64,000 nt of DNA from Oopsacas minuta. Taxonomy: Eukaryota > Animalia > Porifera. The translations under genes and the position numbers were made by a program. Below, one piece after another: positions 13,691 to 25,455 of this stretch. The stretch is from positions 473,285 to 537,284 of the forward strand of contig JAKMXF010000297.1 of NCBI GenBank assembly GCA_024704765.1, in the 5' to 3' direction. Under the pieces are notes generated by a model. It ran no database searches. It had not been told where the DNA came from and saw only the letters and a program-made list of their open reading frames with translations. Position 1 is the first letter of the stretch. Every line of letters begins with the position of its first letter.

Positions 13691-15497
13691 TTAGTTCTTA
13701 CTTCCTCCAAGCTTGTAAGTCAACTGCTTATCAGAAGGTAATGTCCACTTGACCAGATGTTCAACCAATTCAGGATTCTTCTGCAACCACATCTCAAACT
13801 CATTTGGTGATAGCTTATTCGTTCTGCTGACGTCACACTCATGGAATGCTTGTTCTACTATCCGAGTTACTATGTCAGAAATAGCTCCTTCATTCAGTAG
13901 TGCAGAATTCTAAAAAAAGTACAGATAGATCTGTCAGTTAATAATCTAAATAGATTAGGTAGACGGAACTTCTGTCGCCCATAATTCTAACCTGGAAAAT
14001 ATATTAGTGATAGCTATTAGGGCTTTCATCGCAAGGGGAGTTAGTCAAGATTCCGGCGCCGGAACATATTTTGGCCAGGGTGGGTGCAAAACATTTGAAC
14101 CTCAAATAGATATCATGAAATTGTAAATAATATAAAGTAATATGTCCAAAATTTTCAGGAACATAACCCCCACGAACGCAGCGGGATTCCTGTACGTGAT
14201 TGACTGCATTTATATACTTATTGGTCTAAATCATCGAGGGTAGGTACCCAGCCTCCACCCCTAGTTTTGGCACACCTGAATTCGGGAAACAAGCCTAATA
14301 TTCGTTGAAAATTCAGAAAATCTGCCGATCTCATTCACAGTAGAATTCGGATAAGATGTACCACCTTGTCTAACAAAATATTAGTACGTACAGTCACTAC
14401 AGTGCTACCAAGTGTGACAATGGAATTTCCTGGAGATTAAATTTCTCAAGTATCTGATTTGTTAGGTAAAAGTTGTAAAAGTTGAAAACTTTTAATCACC
14501 TAGATATAAGCTTTATATGAGACAGCGTAGGGAAATCGTGAGAGAGCATTAGTTTTAATCGTGCTTGAAACAGTTAATGTTAAATCTAACATTATCCAAG
14601 ATGAATTTAGAAGATTACAAATGGTTTGTCGGACTATACATGTGAATTTGTATTGTTTGACTCTATTTCAGAACAGAAACACTGTCAATTTAAAGAGGTC
14701 TTCTGGATTATACTGGTGTCGGTTTATGCAGGTTCCACTGTATTTCCTAAATAATAACCAAGAATGCAGGCGTAATAATAGGTAGAGATGAAACTTCATA
14801 CGTAGTCTACGTAAATTTATGGAGACTTGGAAGCACTGGTACGTATTAAACGGGTGAAAGCCTTATCCGAATAGGCAAGGGCGTAGCTAGCATTGAGGCA
14901 GAAGAGACAACTGCCTCCTCGCTCTGTGATTTCTTGTTATGCCAAAAAGGGATTGATTATAATGAATGAGAATTAATTTTTGGTTTGTAAAAAGTAGTAC
15001 GTATTAACCAAGGGTACGTCTATCCGATAACTGTAACACATTTATAGTAGTTACCAGGCAGATTGTACCTGCATCTTTCCACAGCCCTTCAGTACAAGCT
15101 GTGTAGAAGATAGAATTATATTCAGCATAGTACTAAGTTCGTTCCTATCAATACCATCTCCACCTGATATATTGAACATAGAGAATAGCAGCTGACATTT
15201 CTCATGAAAAGAGCCATGTAATAACATTGCTACTCCAGAAACGAATTCTTCAAAATCTATAGTGTTAGTTTTCTTACAGTCTAGAGCTTGGAAGAGGCGC
15301 TCCCCCAGTAATAACGGTAACTTAAAATATTCACTGAAAGCTTCAAGGTTCAACACTTGTCCACCATGACCTGCCTTCGCATGTAACTCTTTAAATGAAG
15401 CACTAACAGCGGCAACCTCAAGTAAAGACAGTTGAGAGATTAGTTCTGCGTAATCTCCCTCCCCTGGATTTGTTTCTGAGCTCTCTGTTTGGCCCAT
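13691..15497 (-). CDS. N-myristoylated EF-hand protein (calcineurin-B/NCS-like); either a standalone ~215-aa protein or the N-terminal module of TRAPPC12
   Basis: ATG at 15497 is the first after an in-frame TGA and gives MGQTES (Gly2/Ser6 myristoylation consensus). EF-hands DCKKTNTIDFEEF, NISGGDGIDRNEL, DVSRTNKLSPNEF. Exons 15497-15069 and 13909-13702, or unspliced to TAA at 13691. Confidence 0.8.
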
Positions 15498-16069
15498 CCC
15501 ACTTGTCAAGAATATGTCTGTCAGGGAACTGTCTAATCAGTGGATTATTCAATCTGAGCCTGTAAAACCACAAGAAAAGCGAAATTGTTAACAAATAGGG
15601 AACCCTCATTATTCATACGGAATATGTACACATTGCACAGATCAATCGCTACGCTGAATTAAATTTAAGATTAGAATGAAAGTAATCATACTGTAGTACT
15701 TGAAAAGGTTTTACGTATAAAAGAGTGTCCTAAACACCTAAACACAGGAATAGTTAAAATATTAATGGCAGTACCACTTTTGAAATTGTGCGCCAGTGCT
15801 TTCCATGATTACGTAACGCAGAATATACCCATTATCCTAGAAGTGACATTATTAAAGTTTAAACAGTCCATTTAATGTGAGAAAGCATCAAGTTTTGTTG
15901 ATTGTTATGGAGAGTATTATCTAAAGCATAAATTCACCTAAGAAACTAACATTCAACATCCAAATCATAAATTCATAATGCTATCCCAGATGACATAAGG
16001 CTGAGACAGAATGAAGCGCTGGGGATCGGCCCTGAGGGCGGGTCCCGCGCTTATACAAACACCCAACGG

Positions 16070-17875
16070 TTAGGAGTCAATGAAGAAATAATTCCCACTG
16101 GCTTTCTGCTCGGAATCTTTAACTGAATGGAGCTTGTTAATCCTAGGACGATGATTGCTAGGATCACGTCGGAATGTTATCTCAAGAGATTTGAGGAATT
16201 TATTAATCCCTGTCAGCAGAATCTGAGGACTAGTAGCTAGCGTTTTAACAGAAGGAATACCTTCAAACACGATAACACGATCAGCGAGATAGGTAGCCAT
16301 TATGAAGTCATGTTCTACTATAAATGCAGTCTTCTTTGCGTGAAGAATAAATCGTTTTATAACTTTAGAAGCAATCAGCCGCTGCTCAGAGTCCAAATAA
16401 GCAGACGGTTCATCTATTAGATAAATATCAGCTGGTTTTCCTAGACATAGAGTAATAGCAACTCTCTGTAGCTCTCCTCCTGATAAATGCTTCACTGATT
16501 GATCATACAAGTTCTCCATGTTGAGAGGTTTAATGACGTCACTAATGAATTGTGGGTGTATGTATGCATCTCTGATCTTAGAATGAAACAGCTGTTGTAC
16601 ACTCCCATCAAATGAAGGAGATATCTTCTGAGGCTTATAGCTTATGTTAAGTTGTGGAATCTCTATCCCACTCTCTGGAGGAGTGAGGCCAGCTAGCATT
16701 CTGATGAAAGTAGTCTTACCAGTGCCATTCTCTCCCAATAACACGATTATTTCAGAGTCCGTAAACTCTCCCTCCACAACGGATAATGAGAACTCACCCA
16801 GGTTCTTATCCATGTTAGGGTAACCATAACGTCTAATACGCTTAACCTCCTCACTCTCAGTCGTCTCTGCTACTTTGAAAACAAGATTAGTGGGACGAAA
16901 ACGTAGATTTTCGGTAGGAATGAATCCGTCCAGGAAAATATTGATCCCTTCCCGTACCCCAGCTGGGAGTGTCACTACTCCATACACCCCTGGTACCCCA
17001 TACAGACAACAGATAAAGTCAGAGAGGTAGTCTAATACAGAGAGATCATGCTCTACTACAACTACGTAGTTCTCAGGAGATAAAAGTTTACGAATAGCTT
17101 GAGCTGCATTTAATCGTTGTTTGACATCTAAGAAGGAGGAAGGTTCATCAAACATGAAAACATCAGCTTGTTGTAGACAGGCTAATGCACAAGCAAATCT
17201 CTGTAGCTCTCCTCCTGACAACTCAGAGATATCTCTACCTCTTAAGTTCCCAAGTTCAAACATTTCTACGTATCTGTCTTGCTCCTTCTTTTCGTCCTTC
17301 TTGTCCAGTAACTGCTGGACAGATCCCTTCACAGCTTTAGGGATCTGATCAACAGATTGAGGCTTGATCACAGCTTTCACTTTGTCTTCCAGTACTCGCA
17401 TGAAATAGCTCTGTAGCTCAGAGCCCCTAAAGTGTATGAGTATGTCTTTCCAGTCAGGAGGCTGGTCCCACCTGCCTAGATTCGGTTTCAGCTTTCCAGC
17501 TAGGATCTTAAGTGCAGTAGATTTACCTATGCCATTAGTGCCTACCAGTCCCAGCACCTGACCAGGTCTGGGCATAGGCAGACGATGCAATTTGAATGAG
17601 TTAGCACTGTAGCGATGAGTCGTGTCTTTATTCAGGTTAGAAGGGAGATTGATTATCTGGATTGCTTCGAATGGACATTTCTTTGGACATATTCCACAGC
17701 CAATACACATGATTTCAGAAATGTAAGCTATCTTGCTATTAGATGCAACGTCAATACAAATCTTTCCTGTCTTATTGACAGGACAGCCCTTACGGCACTC
17801 CTGGCGACACCGCTTAGGTTTACAGCGGTCTCCACTCACCACTGCTATTCGAGTCAATTTCTGCTTTTCAGCCAT
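16070..17875 (-). CDS. ABCE1: ABCE1/RLI1 ribosome recycling ATPase, single exon, 601 aa
   Basis: N-terminal Fe-S cysteines ([27 protein letters not shown]), two Walker A motifs ([16 protein letters not shown]), two LSGGELQR signatures, C-terminal [13 protein letters not shown]. Confidence 0.98.
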   Translation of the reverse strand: MAEKQKLTRIAVVSGDRCKPKRCRQECRKGCPVNKTGKICIDVASNSKIAYISEIMCIGCGICPKKCPFEAIQIINLPSNLNKDTTHRYSANSFKLHRLPMPRPGQVLGLVGTNGIGKSTALKILAGKLKPNLGRWDQPPDWKDILIHFRGSELQSYFMRVLEDKVKAVIKPQSVDQIPKAVKGSVQQLLDKKDEKKEQDRYVEMFELGNLRGRDISELSGGELQRFACALACLQQADVFMFDEPSSFLDVKQRLNAAQAIRKLLSPENYVVVVEHDLSVLDYLSDFICCLYGVPGVYGVVTLPAGVREGINIFLDGFIPTENLRFRPTNLVFKVAETTESEEVKRIRRYGYPNMDKNLGEFSLSVVEGEFTDSEIIVLLGENGTGKTTFIRMLAGLTPPESGIEIPQLNISYKPQKISPSFDGSVQQLFHSKIRDAYIHPQFISDVIKPLNMENLYDQSVKHLSGGELQRVAITLCLGKPADIYLIDEPSAYLDSEQRLIASKVIKRFILHAKKTAFIVEHDFIMATYLADRVIVFEGIPSVKTLATSPQILLTGINKFLKSLEITFRRDPSNHRPRINKLHSVKDSEQKASGNYFFIDS

Positions 17876-18225
17876 TTTAGATAGAAAGATTTGAAAGAGT
17901 ATAAATGTCTAAACATAAAGAATATGTACGTAAATATATGTTGTGCACCAGCCTACGAAACTAAAGCATATCCATAATCTAGAATTTCATTGCATCAAAT
18001 CTAAGAAATCTGACTTGGAATGTTTCTTTTCTCGATAATATAAAATTGGTGCATTTTGAATCGAAAAATTGTATTATTGAATTAGATAACAATTTACACA
18101 AGTCATGTCATCCAATTATTAACAGTTTGAAATGACGTCATCTGGAAGTTGGGTATATATACATATTGGTTAGATTTAATTGATAATTACTCTAGCAACT
18201 ATCGAGTTATTAGGAGATTTTGAGG

Positions 18226-18626
18226 TATTAAAAAGTACAGTGGACGTGTCTATTAGGTACAGTAGACATGTCCATCAGGTAAACTGTATGTATGTGTTTA
18301 AGACTAGGGTCATTGGACATAGGAGATCCCCTCCCTCCCAAGGTATTGAAAAGTTGAGTGTGCATGCTCACAGAGTCCATGGCTCGATCGTAACGAATCG
18401 AAGAAATTATGCCAAATTCTCTTCAAATTTCCAATTCAACATCATGCAACACTCTTTTTATCGCTACTCTAGATACTAAGCATGCACCCTAGACTTAGGG
18501 TTATGAGCATGCGCACTCGACTTTTTAATACCTCGGGAGGGAGGGGATTTCCTATGTCCAATGACACTAGTCTTGAACACGTACATACAGTTTACCTAAT
18601 GGACATGTCCACTGTACTTTTTAATA
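18226..18626. mobile_element. Long-TIR (foldback-like) non-autonomous element
   Basis: Arms of about 120-145 bp are inverted copies (tattaaaaagtacagtggac...gcatgctca versus tgagcatgc...gtccactgtactttttaata); the left end carries a 22-bp direct duplication. Confidence 0.75.
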
Positions 18627-18862
18627 TATGGATTAATCATATTTTCACACCTTTTGAGTTAATTGTAAAATTTCATAGAAAGCAATTATGTAATTGTGTC
18701 GATTATTAAGCCACATTATGTAACACATTACTTCACATAGAAAGTAAAACTTCAATTGAAAGTATAACTTAATTATAATACAAATTATAAGGAAGAGATA
18801 TTTCTATAAAAGAACACATTTATATTAAAGAAAATATAAACTGACTACAAAGAATATTTGAA

Positions 18863-20909
18863 ATGGCAACAAACATGAGCCAGGTAACACCTTCAAAAGC
18901 TGAGAAGATGTTGAAAAGTACGAGAATAGATTAAAGGAAATTCGGTCCCTTGACTTACAAGAAATTAAGTTAACGAAATTTACGAATTGTCTAGAGGGTT
19001 TCAGTTGGAAATGGAAACGCTAAATAGCAAGAAGGTCTCTGTACTATCCACAGAAACACGTGTATCCTTGAAGGAGCGATATACCGGAATAATACAGGAA
19101 TACAGGAATATTGTTAGGATACTAAATATCCTCAATGAAATGGAAAGAATTATAGCACCATATAACGTAAAAATAGGTGTTAGAATTCTGAACAAGTTAT
19201 CAACTCTCTACAAAGATTATGAATCTGTAATCTCCTGTAAAAATACTTCCTGTCCCTCTCAAAGAGTCATTCTAGGAGCGCTACGACCAGCATTTACAGA
19301 AAATATCTCTACTAATCATCCATCACTACCTCCCTATTGAATACAAAGACAGCCTCTTTTACATAGAAAGGACTCTAGCAGAACCTTCCCTATACTCCCT
19401 AAACGGTCTCATCATGTGGAAGGAGACAGCTGAGCAAAAGATTGATAAAATTCACAATTTGATAGACCCTAAACTCCCAAAACCGATCGAGAGAGTGATA
19501 GTCAAGAGATACGAATCTCTGAGACTGAAGGCAGAGATCTTAAAAATGAGGACATATCCTATTCCAGAACCTTGGTGTTCACAGTGTATGAGGAAGAGAG
19601 CGACACACTTGATTGAGGGAGAATTCATTTTTCTATGTAGATCCTGAAATAGAGGAAGACATGAAACCAGTGAATCCATCCAAGAGAGACCTGCTTCCAG
19701 GTGGTATCACACGTCAGGAGTATGACATGAGGCTAAACAGACTCAATATGGAGTATGCGATAGCTAGAGATGAGTTGGAAACCAGGAATGCAGATAGGAT
19801 AGAAGAGAAATGCAAAGAGATGGAGGATTGTTATGCAGCTGTTGAGGAGGATGTTAGTTTCACATTCAATGAATTATCTTTCCTATACAGAGACGCTAGG
19901 TCACTAGAATATCTCGTCAGGAAGAATAAGGAGGATAAGTATTTGAAGGAAATATATGATATAATCCAAAGAACGATCCGTCACTATTACGACAACAGAA
20001 TAGACATTCCTTCATTTGCTATCACCACTGATAACGATCTCATCTGGATAGCTCCACCCAAAGAAGAGAGGAACATCCCTATAGCATCTGGTGTGGATAG
20101 AGGTGGAGAAGAAGCTTACCAATTAGATACACCAGCTGGTCTTATTGTGTTTGAGGATAACGTAGTAGTAGCGGATAGATACGGTGATAGGGTCTCACTC
20201 TACAGAGCTGATGATCTTGCATCTACATATTCATATCATAATCGTTATTTAGTTACTACTCCTGTCTCATTGACATACTTCAAACAGTCCTTATTCGCGT
20301 GCTATACAAGTTTATTAGTACAATTCAGCTTATCATGGAAAGATAGTATGGAGATATATAGCATCAAAGGTGAACACACCATCTCAATACCACAGGCTTG
20401 TTGTACCTCCTCTAACCGTAAGCATTTGTATGTGGGGACTCTTAAGCCCAGTCTCATCCGTATGCAGGTAGATCCTCTCCGTGTAGAACAAGAATACCCA
20501 CTCAATCCTATCCTGCATACCAAGATACCCAACAGGTATCCATGGCTACAGAGAATGAAGGCGGTTAATGATTGTGTTATGTCTCTTCACAGGATCTCCC
20601 TCTCCTCTACAAATGTTCTCTCTAGAAGGAGAACTCATAGGGTCCATACTCACAGAGGATCAGATAGTAGAAGCATACAACTTCGACCTGTCCTATAATC
20701 TTATCACAGATGAATTGAGAATATACATATGCGATTTCTGGGATAATTCCATCAAAGTGTTTGACCTGTCTGGGAAATTCATAGAAACAGTTTGTGAGAC
20801 AGGACATGGACTGTATCAAATATTCCGTCCTTCTTGCATATTTATAGAACGATCTGGCTATGTTACAGTTGGTGACATGAAGGAGGACAACTGTCTACAG
20901 AGGCTCTAA
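18863..20909 (+). pseudogene. Coiled-coil + CxxC + NHL-repeat (TRIM-NHL-like) gene broken across reading frames, or spliced with very short introns
   Basis: NHL-type motifs LDTPAGLIVFEDNVVVADRYGDRV, CLFTGSPSPLQMFSLEGELI and IYICDFWDNSIKVFDLSGKFI lie in successive frames. Frame changes near 18912, 18968, 19275, 19645 and 20580; no nonsense codon once frames are joined. Confidence 0.7.
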
Positions 20910-21537
20910 TCTCCTATCCCATTGTTTATATTTATTATTATTATTTGTTGTTTATTTCCCAATTATAGTGATTAGTGTGTTTATACGTTTACTGAGCTAT
21001 TCAGTGTACTTACTAGGCAAACTAGGAAATGTCATTAAATTTCTAGAAAGAAACTTTTTTCAGTTACACTTGATTTCATTTCTCACCATTTTTAACGTTA
21101 TCGTAATAGAAAGTTTCCAATTCATGAAAATATTTCATATACTTGTAAATATGTCAATTAACCGAAACGTTCGGGAAAATGTGTCATAAAATGGCACAAC
21201 AAGATGCTAAATCTCGATTATTAACTATAAATAATACATTTATTCGAGCCAAAATGCATTGATTTTGTTATATCGATAAACATAAAATTGCAAGTCAAAT
21301 TTAATAGACTTGAAGTAATCCATTGTTAAATACGGTGAATAGGCTTTAGTTTCGTACACTATGTAGGGCACAGTGGAATTCGCTTAATAGCAACTCGTAT
21401 TTTGGACGAATTTCGGTGGCTAAAAGGGGAACAGAATTAATACAAAATCTACACTTGCAACTTGAAAATAGCTTGCTAATATGCGAATATTGCTATTAAT
21501 TAATAATATAGCACTATCACTTGCAGATATTTCGAAG

Positions 21538-21656
21538 GATCAGATCTTTTCAGAAAATTATAGATCTGATCACGATCACGAGCCTACTTTTCAAAAGGAT
21601 CCACGATCCTCAAGAAGGTTCTAGATCCTGATCGTAAGATCTTTGATCGAAAGATC
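21538..21656. repeat. GATC-dense segment (12 GATC in 119 bp), probable MITE remnant
   Basis: Direct count; the same motif is enriched in the element at 23830-24126. Confidence 0.6.
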
Positions 21657-21783
21657 CTAATGACTAGCTACAACACAATTGGGTCACATCTCACATGCAA
21701 GTTGGGTGTACCCTCAAGTAGCAATATATATTCTTAGGCCGACTGACTACTAATTAAACATATGAATAATATGAAATATGCGG

Positions 21784-22986
21784 CTAGAAATGCGAAACAA
21801 TTAATTGGCAGTCTTCACCTCCACTAATAACAACCTCTCCATCTCTCCAATCCATACACAGAAGTTTCTTCTTATGTGCTCCTACTGTGTATAACGGAGA
21901 TTTATTGTTCCTTATGTCCCAATGCTTAGTAGACCCATCGTAAGACCCAGAGATGAGATGGTGCTCTGACTTATGAGACCAGGAGATAGAAGACACCCAA
22001 CCCGTGTGACCCTTGAGAATCATTTTTATCACAGTAGCTTCATCAGTATCAGTATTCCATATCCTTATTGCATTATCACTTCCTCCTGTTGCTATCAATC
22101 CAGTGTGTACATTCTCAGATATTGACAATAAAGATTTGCTGCTATACATAGCACGTACATTCTGTTTAGTGGTAATATCCCAGAATAACACATTCTGATC
22201 CCAAGAACAAGATATTAGCTTATTCGTATCTCTACTGCAGATACAGTCTGATACTACGTCTGTGTGGCCTTCTAGAGTAGAGATAGGAGATAATGTTTGT
22301 GATTGAAGTGTGTCTAAATTGCTATTATCAAATAAAGTGGTCAATGACCATACCTTAACAGTACGGTCCCATGATCCACTACACAATTGAGTAGCATTAC
22401 TAGCTAAACATGTAATCGGCTGGGAGTGAAATCCTTTGAATAGACATCTCTCTGGTTCGTCAGATAACAATCCTTGCCAGACACATACCGACTCATCACT
22501 AGACCCAGTTACTACCAAGTTGTCATTTATTGTTACTACACTAGTGATTGGTTCATCGTGACATTTGTATTCTGAGACAAGTGAATAGGAATACATATTC
22601 CATCTCCTTACAGAGCCGTCATAAGAACCAGTCAGGACCTGATTACCAACTAAAGTAAGAGATGATACCCAATCTGGGTGTGGTAGGATATGTGGCTGTG
22701 AAGGAGGAGGTCTTCTATCAACATACTCTATCACTATAAGTTGTTCAGTACTTATTGTATTAGTAGCTATGAAATCTTGTAAACTAGAAGTTAGTAGTTG
22801 TTCATTGATAAGGAAATCGAACTCTGGGGTAAGAGATGGAATTTCTGCTCCCAATTCATTCAAGAGAGCTAAGAGAGTTTGGTTGAGTTCTGTCCAAGAG
22901 GTTGAGAGTGAGAGTGATAAGTTGGTTGGGGTAATAGGATATTTAGAGTCTTTACTTTTCAATAATATATGAATTTGTTTCGACAT
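21784..22986 (-). CDS. WDR12: Ribosome biogenesis protein WDR12/Ytm1, single exon, 400 aa
   Basis: N-terminal NLE/ubiquitin-like domain (EFDFLINEQLL...STEQLIVIEYV), HPDWVSS, seven WD40 repeats (SGSWDRTVKVW, GHTGWVSSISWS, SGSYDGSTKHWDIR). Confidence 0.95.
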   Translation of the reverse strand: MSKQIHILLKSKDSKYPITPTNLSLSLSTSWTELNQTLLALLNELGAEIPSLTPEFDFLINEQLLTSSLQDFIATNTISTEQLIVIEYVDRRPPPSQPHILPHPDWVSSLTLVGNQVLTGSYDGSVRRWNMYSYSLVSEYKCHDEPITSVVTINDNLVVTGSSDESVCVWQGLLSDEPERCLFKGFHSQPITCLASNATQLCSGSWDRTVKVWSLTTLFDNSNLDTLQSQTLSPISTLEGHTDVVSDCICSRDTNKLISCSWDQNVLFWDITTKQNVRAMYSSKSLLSISENVHTGLIATGGSDNAIRIWNTDTDEATVIKMILKGHTGWVSSISWSHKSEHHLISGSYDGSTKHWDIRNNKSPLYTVGAHKKKLLCMDWRDGEVVISGGEDCQLIVSHF

Positions 22987-23829
22987 TATTATAATCTACA
23001 ACTAAGATACACAGTAGTTATAATATATTCATGAATTATTAGAAAAATCGGGCATGGGTGTATGCGTTTTATCGCCAAATAGCACAATTTAAATTAAATC
23101 AGAAACTGAGAGCGCGTACGGGCCTCGGGGCATAATTTCGAGTGGGCCCTTTGATATTTATTTCCGTGAAGTCAATAAACTAACAAAAACATTCGCATTT
23201 GTATTATGTATATTAAAATGCTTAATAATTGCGAAATCAGAACAAATAAATTTCTGGGGCAATTGCAAACCAAACGTTATTTATTGCGATGGGCTTCACT
23301 CCTGGATGTTACACTACCATATACTTGCCTGAGAGGGCTCTAATTAGTTAGGTGCTGTCCTACGTTAAGCGTCGTCTGGAACCTAATCATATTTTGGTTC
23401 GTAATTATGAGGCCCTGGAACGTGAAATTATTTGTATGCGGCAATGAATGTTAACGAATACGGTAATTCAAGAAGTTATCCGCTACCATAGTTCCGTCAC
23501 AGTATAAAATAATATACTCTTGCACTTAGCTATGCTAGGAACGTCATTGAAGCATGTGTCCTTACAAAAGACTAAAAATTGATGAATATTGCAGATTGTA
23601 GAAAAGTCAATATATTAATAGCTACACAGTGATTAGTTACTAAATTTATGACTAGGAAGTCCTGTAACGTCAGATATAAATATCCAGAACTTTTATAAGT
23701 TTCTATATTGTTCTATTCAATTCTTCTTGTGGACTAATTTGTTTATCGTAAGTTGTAAATTTGATAAATAAAGTTGCTATAATTTCCCAATATTAGTTAC
23801 TAATAAGGTATAGGCTACTATATTATTGT

Positions 23830-24126
23830 TAGGGGATTAGTCGATCACCAAATTATATGATCGCGATCATTTTTCCGATCACATTTCTGAAATATATAAC
23901 CACCTCATATAGGGAGATGCTCCATTACCTGCGGCAGTCCGTCCGTCCCCTCGGCAATGCGAAATCTACCAGTCCGATTGTCATGAAAGTTAGTACATAC
24001 ATTTGGAGATAAATTTGGGGTCTAGATTCACAAATTTTCAAATTCTATCCGCCTAAAAAGATCAAAAATGTGATCGAAAATCTATCGGGAAATAATGATC
24101 GCGATCGTGACGCTACTAATGCCCTT
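23830..24126. mobile_element. hAT-like MITE with GATC-rich subtermini and an internal insertion
   Basis: Ends taggggattagt / actaatgccctt; 8-bp flanks attattgt and attatagt (one mismatch); gatcgcgatc in both arms; unrelated ~150-bp segment at about 23905-24055. Confidence 0.6.
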
Positions 24127-24137
24127 ATTATAGTATA

Positions 24138-25455
24138 CAGGGTGTCTCAACTGCAACAAAATTTAAACGTAATTCTTGTGCATGTAAAGCATATAACCAG
24201 ACTAATATTTTGTTAAGAAAATGCTATTATGTCTAACTATCATATACGAAAATATTTTGGCTCTACTTGTTTTCAAATCTATTCCCTCCGGCCTTCAGAC
24301 AATCTTTAAGTCTGGACGGAAATATTTTGCAGGCCGAGCGACCTCATCCTGATATAATTCACACCAAGATTTCTTTAACGCTCGTTTTAGTGCTAGAATA
24401 CTGTTGTGGGATCTATCGTTTACTGGTGTCTCTAGTCTTCCCCACAAATAATAATCACAAGGGTTTAGGTCAGGACTTGAAGGGGGCCATTCGTCACGGT
24501 TCAAAAACCCTGGGATCTTACTTGACAACCAATCTTGAGATATTTTAGCGGTATGAGCCGGTGCACCATCCTGTTGAAATAGCTATGCCTTGTTTTTCAT
24601 GAAGGTCAAACCAATTGCTAAGACATGTTTCTCCAGTATAAGATCTTTGTATACCTGAGCATTAATTTGTGTACCTTCGGGTATGAATACTAACGGAGTT
24701 TTCCCAAAAACTGAAATTTCCGCCCAAACCATAATACTTTTGGGGTGTTGTGATTTCTGGACACTTCTTAAGTTTTCTAGGATCTCATTACGTGTTAAGG
24801 AATAAACCCCGCGAATTTTGAGAGTTCCACTTCTCCTCAATACAGAAGGCCTTCTCATCCGAAATACAATTGAATTACTGTTGACATTTTTGAGTCGATC
24901 CAGCAGTCTACGACATCTTTGGATTCTCTTTTTAATTACCTGGCCATTAAGAGACTCTACTCTACTTCGTTTGAAACATTTCATACCTAAGTCTTTCTTG
25001 ATTATTCATCAAGCAGATTCCTTATCTATTTCGACCTTTGCGGCGACTTTTCGGTGGGACATCGTGGGCCGACGAGTTAAAATCTGACGAACCTTTTTCT
25101 TGTTAGCAGGAGTCCTAATTGTTCTTGGCGAACCTGATCGTTGCTTATCTACGATATCGCCTGTCTCAATATATCGTTTTATCGTGCGGGATATCAACGA
25201 TGGTGAAAATTTCGGTGAACCAAGGGCTTTTAGAATTTGATTCTACTTCTTACCATTTAGAAATAAATAAATAATAGGAGACCTCTTCTGTTGTTCAGAT
25301 ATACCTGACATAACAATAGACTAGAATTGAACTATCACAGTATATTGAATATATTATATTGCCTTGTTCATAGCATGAATTTAACAGCAGTTGAATTATG
25401 GTTTGATATAAAAAATTGGTGTAAAAATTTGTTGCAGAACTTTTGAAGCACACCG
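24138..25455 (-). mobile_element. Decayed Tc1/mariner transposon, DD37D (maT) group, 1318 bp
   Basis: TA at both flanks; diverged TIRs (cagggtgtctcaactgcaacaaa versus cggtgtgcttcaaaagttctgcaacaaa). Transposase fragments RSGSPRT, KSIMVWAEIS, FQQDGAPAH, WPPSSPDLNPCDYYLWG, with 37 residues between the 2nd and 3rd Asp. An in-frame TAG and frameshifts inactivate it. Confidence 0.9.

Noticed and set aside
19636-19647. Selenocysteine read-through at CRS-UGA (CxxU)
   Set aside because: The same frame stops again about 25 codons later, and the downstream homology lies in the +1 frame.
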